The notes below the pieces were generated by a model. It saw only the letters and a list, made by a program, of their open reading frames with translations, ran no database searches and was not told where the DNA came from. Source: Parcubacteria group bacterium (lineage in GTDB: Bacteria > Patescibacteriota > Minisyncoccia > Portnoybacterales > UBA2143). From it: a DNA stretch of 41,348 nt. Location of the stretch: assembly GCA_013203625.1 (NCBI GenBank), contig JABMPX010000007.1, forward strand, positions 1-41,348, in the 5' to 3' direction. Below are positions 1-7,794 of the stretch, piece by piece. Both the position numbers and the translations under genes were made by a program. Each line of letters begins with the position of its first letter. Position 1 is the first letter of the stretch.

Positions 1-647
1 GAGCAGATATTATTTTTGCTTTTGATGAATGCACTTCTCCTTTATCTGATTATAATTATACTAAAGAATCAATGCAAAGAACTCATAATTGGGCAGAAAT
101 TTGCTTGAAAACGAAAAAAATAAAAGACCAGGCGCTTTTTGGCATTATTCAAGGAAGCCAATGGAAAGATTTAAGAATAAAAAGCGCTCAATTTATCAGC
201 CAGATGCCTTTTGATGGTTTGGCTATTGGCGGTTCTTTGGGTAAAACCAAAAAAGACATGTATAAAATTTTAGATTGGGTTATTCCAGAAATGCCCGAAC
301 AAAAACCGCGTCATCTTTTGGGAATTGGCCATCCCAATGATTTAATTAAAGCGATTAAAAAAGGAATTGATCTTTTTGATTGCGTCCATCCAACTCGTTT
401 AGCGCGTCATGGTGTTTTCTTCACTCCCAAAAAAGAATTGAATATTTTAAATGCCTGTTATCAAGCAGACAAAAAGCCAATAATGAGAAATTGTTCCTGT
501 TATGTTTGCCAGAATTTCAGCAGAGCTTATTTGCGCCATCTTTTTAGAACAAAGGAAATACTTGGATTGCGTTTAGCTACTTTTCACAATCTTTGGTTTA
601 TGTCTCAATTAATGGAGAAAATCAGACAGGATATTAAAAAGGGTTGA
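1..647 (+). CDS. tgt: queuine tRNA-ribosyltransferase, C-terminal part (5' end outside window)
   Basis: The frame is open from nt 3 (ADIIFAFDECTSPL...) upstream of the listed Met. Zn-site CSCYVCQNFSRAYLRHL and the LGIGHPNDL / DCVHPTRLARHG motifs are typical of Tgt. Confidence 0.9.
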   Translation, partial: ADIIFAFDECTSPLSDYNYTKESMQRTHNWAEICLKTKKIKDQALFGIIQGSQWKDLRIKSAQFISQMPFDGLAIGGSLGKTKKDMYKILDWVIPEMPEQKPRHLLGIGHPNDLIKAIKKGIDLFDCVHPTRLARHGVFFTPKKELNILNACYQADKKPIMRNCSCYVCQNFSRAYLRHLFRTKEILGLRLATFHNLWFMSQLMEKIRQDIKKG

Positions 648-680
648 CAAGCAATAGCTTAATATGCTATTTTTAAAATA

Positions 681-803
681 ATGAATTTGGAAAATTTCAA
701 TAAAATTGGTTTAATCCTAATCAGCCTATATTTATTGGTTGGTTTTATCTTTGTTTATATTAAACAACAAAGCTGGTTAGGTTTTGAGATAGTAAAAAAA
801 TAA
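681..803 (+). CDS. small hydrophobic ORF (40 aa, one predicted TM), hypothetical
   Basis: Hand translation: MNLENFNKIGLILISLYLLVGFIFVYIKQQSWLGFEIVKK. A perfect hairpin terminator follows. The ORF is below the size cutoff of the ORF track. Confidence 0.3.
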   Translation: MNLENFNKIGLILISLYLLVGFIFVYIKQQSWLGFEIVKK

Positions 804-826
804 AGAGAATAAGATCGTTTTAAGAG

Positions 827-853
827 AAACCTAGCCAGCTGGCTAGGTTTTTT
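827..853 (+). terminator. intrinsic terminator
   Basis: Perfect 11-bp dyad AACCTAGCCAG/CTGGCTAGGTT followed by a T-run. Confidence 0.7.
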
Positions 854-901
854 AGTTCTTTAACAATTAGCGAAATCTAAAGGAAGGAGGTTAATTCTAT
901 T

Positions 902-1012
902 ATGGAAGATAAAGAGATTGAGCAAGTAGTTTCAGAGCAGGAAAAGGACGAAGATAGTGAAAAAAACCAGATGCCGATACTAATCATAGACGGCAAGATG
1001 GTTATTCTTTAG
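902..1012 (+). CDS. small acidic ORF (36 aa), hypothetical
   Basis: AGGAGG lies 11 nt upstream. Hand translation: MEDKEIEQVVSEQEKDEDSEKNQMPILIIDGKMVIL. A hairpin plus T-run follows. Confidence 0.3.
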   Translation: MEDKEIEQVVSEQEKDEDSEKNQMPILIIDGKMVIL

Positions 1013-1033
1013 TTCTTTATTTTCTCAAAAAAC

Positions 1034-1066
1034 AAAGCGGCCTTAATAGACCGCTTTTGATTTTGT
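1034..1066 (+). terminator. intrinsic terminator
   Basis: Stem AAGCGG/CCGCTT with a 10-nt loop, followed by TTTGATTTT. Confidence 0.5.
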
Positions 1067-1075
1067 CATACAAGA

Positions 1076-1104
1076 TTGAAAAATCACTGGAAATCTGATA
1101 TAAT
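1076..1104 (+). promoter_or_regulatory. sigma70-type promoter of cysS (leaderless geometry)
   Basis: TTGAAA-N17-TATAAT. The -10 box ends 6 nt before the ATG at 1111 and there is no Shine-Dalgarno. Confidence 0.5.
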
Positions 1105-1110
1105 AGAGAT

Positions 1111-2547
1111 ATGCTTAAACTATTTAATACTTTAACCAGGAAAATTGAGATATTTAGGCCCATTAAGCAGGGAAAAGTTGGAATATATTCCTGTGGCCCA
1201 ACAGTTTATGATTTTGCTCATATAGGAAATTTAAGAGCCTATATCTTTGTTGATTTGCTTAAACGCTATTTAATATATAGCGGTTTTAAAGTTAAGCATG
1301 TGATGAATATTACTGATGTTGATGATAAAACGATTAAAAACAGCCAGCAAAATAATAAAAGTTTGCAGGAGTTTACGGATTTTTATTCAAAAGCATTTAT
1401 TAAAGATATTAAGTCATTGAATATTAAAATGCCTGACATTATGCCCAGAGCCACAAAACATATTCCTGAAATGGTTGATTTAATAAAAAAAATAGGCAAA
1501 CATGGATATTCATATAAATCAGAAAAATCTATTTATTTTAAGATTTCTAAGTTTTCTGATTATGGAAAATTAGCTCAATTAGACAAGCAAACATTAAAGC
1601 AGAATGCTGCTGGGCGTTTGAATATATCTGATGAATACGAAAAAGAACAAGTTAATGATTTTGTTTTATGGAAGGCATGGCAGCCAGAAGATGGTGAGGT
1701 TTTCTGGGATACAGAAATTGGCAAGGGCCGTCCTGGCTGGCACATAGAATGTTCGGCCATGTCAACAAAATATCTTGGAGAGATCTTTGATATTCATACT
1801 GGAGGAGTTGATTTAATTTTTCCACATCATACTAATGAAATCGCTCAGTCAGAAGCAGCTTTTAAAAAGAAGTTTGTCAATTACTGGCTTCATAATGAGC
1901 ACTTATTGGTTGAGGGAAAGAAAATGAGCAAGTCCTTGGGCAATTTCTATGCTTTAAAAGATATTAAAGATAAAAAATATAATCTTTTATTAATGAGATT
2001 AATTTTATTAAAAACTCATTATCGCAAAGTTCTGAATTTTACTTTAAAAGATTTAGACGAAGCGAAATCGATCGCGGAAAAATTTTTAAGTTTTTTAGCC
2101 GGTCTTGATTTCGTTGTCTGTGGTGGGAGTAATAATTTGGATATTAAAAATATGATATCGCAAAGCAGAAAAGAATTCAAAAAAGCAATGGACAATGATT
2201 TGAATATAAGTTCAGGTCTAGCATCTCTTTTTGATTTTATAGAAGAGGTTTATAAAAGAAAATCGTTAATATCTACTAATCAGGCGCAAGAAATTAAAAA
2301 TTATATTTTTGAGATTGACGAAGTTTTAGGTTTTATCAGGCCTCTTTATGAGCAGTATCAGATGCGGCTTAATAAAAAACTGGCGACTAAAAAGATTTTG
2401 AATATGATTAGCAAAAGGGAAAAGGCAAGGAAGAATAAAGATTATAAGGAAGCGGATAAAATAAGAATAGATTTATTAGAAAAGGGGATTGTTATAGAAG
2501 ACACAGAAAAAGGGGATAAGGCTAGATTACTAAAAATAATAGATTAA
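1111..2547 (+). CDS. cysS: cysteine--tRNA ligase
   Basis: Class I signatures FAHIGNLRAY (HIGH) and KMSKSLGN (KMSKS). The WHIECSAM Zn/Cys-binding region is present. Confidence 0.95.
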   Translation: MLKLFNTLTRKIEIFRPIKQGKVGIYSCGPTVYDFAHIGNLRAYIFVDLLKRYLIYSGFKVKHVMNITDVDDKTIKNSQQNNKSLQEFTDFYSKAFIKDIKSLNIKMPDIMPRATKHIPEMVDLIKKIGKHGYSYKSEKSIYFKISKFSDYGKLAQLDKQTLKQNAAGRLNISDEYEKEQVNDFVLWKAWQPEDGEVFWDTEIGKGRPGWHIECSAMSTKYLGEIFDIHTGGVDLIFPHHTNEIAQSEAAFKKKFVNYWLHNEHLLVEGKKMSKSLGNFYALKDIKDKKYNLLLMRLILLKTHYRKVLNFTLKDLDEAKSIAEKFLSFLAGLDFVVCGGSNNLDIKNMISQSRKEFKKAMDNDLNISSGLASLFDFIEEVYKRKSLISTNQAQEIKNYIFEIDEVLGFIRPLYEQYQMRLNKKLATKKILNMISKREKARKNKDYKEADKIRIDLLEKGIVIEDTEKGDKARLLKIID

Positions 2548-2560
2548 ATTTAAGAAATAT

Positions 2561-4300
2561 ATGAAAATTTTTCAGGGATCAAAAATTATCTGGCAATATT
2601 TGAAGGAATATAAAAGAAAAGTTTATTGGATTGCTCTAGTCGCATCAGCGGGTTCTATTATTAGCGCTGTTATCCCATATATTTACGGTCGTTTAGTTGA
2701 TTTAGCCATTACTGAATTTTCTAGGCTTGATCTTATTGGCGGCATACTTTTGATTTGGTTGATTTTGTCTTTATTTGGCGATTGGCTCAATCGGACATCT
2801 GGTTTTCGCGGCAACTATATTGGAGTGGATGTAGCTAATGATTTAATAGTAAAAATTAGCAGCCACATTGTAGATTTGCCTATAAGCTTCCATAAAGATA
2901 AAAAAATGGGAGAAATAAATCGCAGGATGAGTCGCGGGGCAAGTTATTTAGAAAATATTATTGGCGATATTTTATTCTATTTATTGCCAAGTTTTTTAAC
3001 GATTGTTATTGCGCTAGGGATAATGTTTCGGGTTGAGTGGCGTTTAGCCGGATCTTTAGCTATTGTTCTGTTAATTTATTCTTTAGCAACTATCTGAAAA
3101 ACGAACCCAATTGTTAGCGAGAATAAAAAACTTAACAAGATTTTTGAAAAGTCGTATGGATATCTTTTTGACGTTATTTCAAATGTCCAATTAGTAAAAT
3201 CGTTTACTCAGGAGAAAATCGAGAAAAAGAGAATCTATAGGAATTTTAGAGTTAAAATTAGCGAGTCAACTAAAGATTTCTACGGTTTCTGGAAAGATTT
3301 AAACGCTTGGCAAGATATAATTTTTAGCATCGGATTTGTTAGTGTTTTTGCTGTGGCTATTTTAATGTTAAGATCTGACGCGATTACCGCTGGCCAATTA
3401 GTTATGTTTATCGGTTATGTCAGTTTGGCTTACCGTCCTTTTGCTATGTTAGGCAGGCAGTATAAGCAATTGAGGTCTGGTTTGACTGCGATTGAGCGGG
3501 CTGAAGGACTTATGGAAGAAAAACCCGAAGCCAGTCCAAAAAGAAAAACCGAATTAAAAAACATTCAAGGCAAGGTTGAGTTCCAATCAGTTTATTTTGA
3601 TTATAACGCAAAACAGAAAGTTCTAAACGGCGTTAGTTTAAAAGTAAAGCCGGGTCAAATGGTGGCTTTGGTTGGCGAAAGCGGAGTTGGCAAGACAACT
3701 TTAGTTGATTTGATTTCCGGATACTATTTGCCTAATAAAGGAAAAATATTAATTGATGGACAAAATATTTCCAAAATAACCCTTAATTCATTAAGAGGCA
3801 ATATTGCATTAGTCCCTCAAGAGATCACGCTATTTAATGATACTATTAAGAATAATATTGGCTACGGAAAATTAAAAGCGACTGACGAAGAAATTATTGA
3901 AGCGTCTAAGGCGGCTCATGTTCATAAGTTTGTTCAGAAATTTCCTAAAAAATATGACCAATTGGTTGGCGAACGAGGAATTAAACTTTCTACTGGACAA
4001 AAACAAAGAGTGGCTATTGCTAGAGCCGTATTAAGAGATCCTAAAATTCTTATTTTAGACGAAGCTACTTCCAGCTTAGATACAGCTACTGAAAAATTAG
4101 TTCAAGAAGCTCTTGCTCGTCTTATTAAAGGCAGAACTACTTTTGTAATTGCTCATCGTTTAAGCACTATTCAAAAGGCCGATTTGATTTTGGTCCTTGA
4201 AAAAGGCATAATTATTGAAGAAGGCGATCACCAAGAACTTGTTTCCAAAGGCGGCGTATATAAGAAACTCTGTGAACTTCAGTCAACAGTAATTGGGTAA
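2561..4300 (+). pseudogene. MsbA-like ABC exporter (fused TMD-NBD) interrupted by a single in-frame TGA at 3095-3097
   Basis: ORFs 2561..3097 and 3353..4300 share one frame (offset 792 nt). The stretch 3098-3352 has no stop and encodes TMD sequence (SNVQLVKSFTQEKIEKKR...). Walker A is GESGVGKTT, the signature is LSTGQKQR, and Walker B is ILILDEATS. The joined length of about 579 aa fits a half-transporter. Confidence 0.75.
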
Positions 4301-4398
4301 ATTTTAAGAGACAGTTAAAAATAATTAAAATAATAATATTAATTGGTTGCTGGGGTAATAATTAAGAAGATTAAATAATGACTTAAAATAAAAAACTT

Positions 4399-5271
4399 AT
4401 GCATCTATCATTCATAATTTCACGTTTTTCTAATTTATTATTTTTTGTCCAGAAAACAAATCAGAATTGTTTAGTTAATTTTGATTTGAAAAAATATTTA
4501 GTCAATAATATTGATATCTCTTTTTATGGGAAAAACGAGGATGAAATTTGGAGACAGATTAGAAAATCAATTGGAAAACAAAACGCAGAACAATTTAAAA
4601 AAGCGGTTTTTCCAATAAGATCTATTTTTGATTCGCATTGGCAAGAAGCGTCAAATAATTTGCTTTTATGGAAACAGTATTTTCAAGACAATAGTACATT
4701 ATTTGAACAAGCTATTCTTGATATAAAAAAATTAAGCGGTGTAAGACATTTTGAACTTTCTAAAATTCCAATATATCTTATTTCTGATTCTCAAAGTAAT
4801 GATAAAGACATTAACGCCTGGTTTTCGTGGACGACAAAACAAAGTTTTGTAGTTGTTGAAATTCCAATATATCTTAAAGTATCTAATAATCTTTTCCCAT
4901 TAGGTGTTTTGGCTCATGAATTTTTTCATCTTATGTTAAAAAATAATAAAAATCTTGTTTTAGAAATTAATCAAATAGTTGAAAAAGATCAAATTCTACT
5001 TGCAAAATTACCAAAAGAACGTATTTCTAACAGAATGTTTTTTGAAGAATTGTTGGTTAGTTCTTTTATTCCAGAAGGTTATCTGGGCGAAAAATATTTT
5101 AGCGTTAAATCTATAGTTAATATTCCTAATCTAAAAAGTCTGTTAATCTGGCGGAAATTGATTGCTTTTAAAATGCGTCAAATAGCAAAAAAATATATTA
5201 ACAATAATCGACAAATTGATAAAGAATATTTAAACCAATTAATAAAAATTATTAGGCAAAATATAAAATAA
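4399..5271 (+). CDS. hypothetical protein with HExxH motif (possible zinc metallopeptidase)
   Basis: 290-aa ORF containing LAHEFFHLM (HExxH). I recognise no other family signature. Confidence 0.55.
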   Translation: MHLSFIISRFSNLLFFVQKTNQNCLVNFDLKKYLVNNIDISFYGKNEDEIWRQIRKSIGKQNAEQFKKAVFPIRSIFDSHWQEASNNLLLWKQYFQDNSTLFEQAILDIKKLSGVRHFELSKIPIYLISDSQSNDKDINAWFSWTTKQSFVVVEIPIYLKVSNNLFPLGVLAHEFFHLMLKNNKNLVLEINQIVEKDQILLAKLPKERISNRMFFEELLVSSFIPEGYLGEKYFSVKSIVNIPNLKSLLIWRKLIAFKMRQIAKKYINNNRQIDKEYLNQLIKIIRQNIK

Positions 5272-5304
5272 AATCCCTCTTAGAAGTTTATTCTAAGAGG
5301 GATT
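5272..5304 (-). terminator. intrinsic terminator of the rSAM-peptide operon, shared with the convergent gene
   Basis: Perfect 14-bp dyad AATCCCTCTTAGAA/TTCTAAGAGGGATT. On the minus strand it is followed by the T-rich TTATTTTAT. Confidence 0.7.
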
Positions 5305-5310
5305 AAATGG

Positions 5311-5451
5311 TTATTGCCTGTTTGCCCAGTGGCCTTTGTCCCATGGACTCATGTTTAAATCCTTGTCTCTTTTTTCAGTGGCTTCTTTTTTAGCCTGAAG
5401 AAGAACTTTTGGAATAGGGTTGGGATTTGTTTTTGAAACATAGTTCGACAT
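5311..5451 (-). CDS. 46-aa peptide, candidate RiPP precursor
   Basis: Hand translation: MSNYVSKTNPNPIPKVLLQAKKEATEKRDKDLNMSPWDKGHWANRQ. A GGAGGTG Shine-Dalgarno lies 7 nt upstream. The start is 39 nt downstream of the rSAM stop on the same strand, and a terminator follows. The ORF is below the ORF-track cutoff. Confidence 0.55.
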   Translation of the reverse strand: MSNYVSKTNPNPIPKVLLQAKKEATEKRDKDLNMSPWDKGHWANRQ

Positions 5452-5490
5452 AATTCTCACCTCCTTTCTGTGTGAATGCGTTATTTCCAG

Positions 5491-6588
5491 TCATATAAAA
5501 CCATACGATTTTATTTTTACTGAAATATATTCAAAATACCTTTTTAGATTTTCGCAAACCTCATTTATCGGCTTGATAGAATTGAGTTGTGCGTAGCAAT
5601 CCTTAGCGCATCCTCCTTTGCATATAAAATACCAGTCGCATACCCGGCAATTTTCTTTTCTTTTTCTTAATATTTCTTGAAATTTTTCTAGGCGCGGATT
5701 AGATTTAGCTAAGGTTGATTTGTCCATCACGTTGCCAAAATTCAGGACGTTTGTTTTCGGAAAGGAATCACAACCATAAATTGATCCGTCGTGGTAAACA
5801 GTAACAAACTGGTCACATCTTCCCATGTATATGCATTCACGTTTATTTCCGCCAAGAATCAAACTAACAACACTTTGAATGTCTCGAATTTCAACTTCAG
5901 GATTGTCTAGTTCTAACCAAAGATCAAATATAGTAATCATGAAATCGATGTATTGTTTCGGTAAAATAGTAAGTGAAGACACGTCATTGCAATGACCGAT
6001 ATCTTTCACTCTGGCAAATTTCAGCTTTTTTATGTCTTCTTTGATAAAAAAACTGAAAATCTCTTTTGGAGATTGATAATCGACAGTACTAATACTGCAG
6101 ATGATTCCATTAAATACCTTGGCCCGTCGCAATAATTCAATGCCTCTCATAACATTGTCATATGATCCTGTTTTATTAGGATAGTAGCGAACTCGATCGT
6201 GAAAATGTTTTGGGCCATCAAGGCTTACGCCGACAAAAAAATCGTGTTCAGTGAAGAAATTTACCCATTCGAAAGTAATCAGAGTAGCATTAGTTTGAAT
6301 TGAATTTGTTATTTTTCTTCCTTTTTGCTCCCATACGCGTTGATATTCTACTGCTTTGCGATAGAAATCTATTCCAGCGAGTAAAGGTTCTCCTCCATGC
6401 CAGATAAATTCAATATCATTTTGATTATGACAGAAAAAATCAATCGTTGCTTTCAGTACTTCTGGATGCATGCGATTTTTTCCAGTTCTTTTTTTAAGTC
6501 CAGAAGCATAACAGTAAGAACACGACAAGTTGCATAATCCGTTAATAGGTTTAATAATCGGGGTAGAAATTGCTTGATAGGTTGTCAT
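5491..6588 (-). CDS. radical SAM enzyme with C-terminal SPASM-type auxiliary cluster domain (anSME/peptide maturase family)
   Basis: CNLSCSYCY (CxxxCxxC), GGEPLL, and C-terminal CRVCDWYFICKGGCAKDC (CxxCx5CxxxC). The Shine-Dalgarno is AGGAGGTG. Confidence 0.9.
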   Translation of the reverse strand: MTTYQAISTPIIKPINGLCNLSCSYCYASGLKKRTGKNRMHPEVLKATIDFFCHNQNDIEFIWHGGEPLLAGIDFYRKAVEYQRVWEQKGRKITNSIQTNATLITFEWVNFFTEHDFFVGVSLDGPKHFHDRVRYYPNKTGSYDNVMRGIELLRRAKVFNGIICSISTVDYQSPKEIFSFFIKEDIKKLKFARVKDIGHCNDVSSLTILPKQYIDFMITIFDLWLELDNPEVEIRDIQSVVSLILGGNKRECIYMGRCDQFVTVYHDGSIYGCDSFPKTNVLNFGNVMDKSTLAKSNPRLEKFQEILRKRKENCRVCDWYFICKGGCAKDCYAQLNSIKPINEVCENLKRYFEYISVKIKSYGFI

Positions 6589-6831
6589 CGCACACCTCCT
6601 TTTCTTTAAAATTGTAAAAGTGCATCAGATTTTTTTAATCTTCTTAATAGGATATCTATTATTATCTATTTTGTCAAATTCATTTATCTCTATTTGAGAT
6701 ATAATAGTTTTAGATATCGCCAAATTGGCGATTTTTTGGTAAAATAAAGTTAAAAATAATTAAAGTTATTTTGAGTTAAAACGAGAAATTATAAAATTCT
6801 TCGTTAGAACTTAGAATAGCACAATCATATC

Positions 6832-7791
6832 ATGCCAAAAGTATTTATTACTCGTCAGATTCCTGACAAAGGAATTAATTTATTAAAAGACAAGGGCTGG
6901 GATGTTTCAGTTGGCCCAGAAGATAAAATATCAAGAGAGGATTTATTAGAAGGTGTTAAAGGCGTTGACGCTATTTTGTCGGTCTTAACAGAGAAAATTG
7001 ACAAAGAAGTTATGGAAGCGGCTGGCAAACAATTAAAAATCATTGCCAATTATGCGGTTGGATATAATAACATTGATGTGGATGAAGCCAAGAGAAGAGA
7101 GATTGTAGTTACTAATACGCCAGGCGTTTTAACAGAATCAGTAGCTGAACATACTATTGCTTTTCTTTTTGCAATTGCTGAGAGAATAGTTGAAGCAGAT
7201 AAATTTATTCGAGCTGGCAAGTATAAAGCATGGGGACCAAAGATGCTTTTAGGAGCAGATATCCAAGGAAAGACATTGGGTATTGTTGGATTAGGTCGGA
7301 TTGGTTCAGCTGTAGCTCAAAGAATGCAAGATGGTTTTGATGTTAAAATTATTTATTATGACCTTAAACGCAATGAAGAATTAGAAGAAAAATTTGGCAT
7401 GGAATATAGAGAATTAGACGACTTATTAAAAGAAGCTGATTTTGTTAGTTTGCATACTGCTTTAACTGACGAAACACGTCATTTAATCAATGCAGAAAAA
7501 TTAGCATTAATGAAGCCAAGCGCTTATTTAATTAATACTGCTCGTGGTCCAATTATTGATGAAGCAGCTTTAGTTGAAGTGTTAAAGGAAAAGAAAATTG
7601 CCGGAGCTGCGTTAGATGTATTTGAAAAAGAACCGGAATTAATGCCTGGTTTAACTGAATTGGAAAATGTTGTTTTGACTCCTCATATTGCTTCAGCAAC
7701 TTTAGGAACTCGGGATAAAATGGCTGAAATGGCTGCTAATAATATAATTGCTGTTTTAGAAGGAAATGAGCCATTAAATCCAGTTAAGTAA
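6832..7791 (+). CDS. D-isomer-specific 2-hydroxyacid dehydrogenase (glyoxylate/hydroxypyruvate reductase-like)
   Basis: NAD-binding GIVGLGRIGSAVA. The catalytic region NTARG...D...LTPHIAS is typical of the GyaR/GhrB family. Confidence 0.85.
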   Translation: MPKVFITRQIPDKGINLLKDKGWDVSVGPEDKISREDLLEGVKGVDAILSVLTEKIDKEVMEAAGKQLKIIANYAVGYNNIDVDEAKRREIVVTNTPGVLTESVAEHTIAFLFAIAERIVEADKFIRAGKYKAWGPKMLLGADIQGKTLGIVGLGRIGSAVAQRMQDGFDVKIIYYDLKRNEELEEKFGMEYRELDDLLKEADFVSLHTALTDETRHLINAEKLALMKPSAYLINTARGPIIDEAALVEVLKEKKIAGAALDVFEKEPELMPGLTELENVVLTPHIASATLGTRDKMAEMAANNIIAVLEGNEPLNPVK

Positions 7792-7794
7792 TTT

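Noticed and set aside
3095-3097. Genome-wide UGA reassignment (code 4 or 25), as seen in some reduced-genome lineages, to explain the in-frame TGA.
   Set aside because: TGA terminates several well-defined genes at the expected protein ends. Examples are the rnhB ATGA overlap at 9507-9510, the hydrogenase large subunit right after DPCITCSVH, and ORF 11587..12039 before its terminator. No other gene in the window needs read-through.
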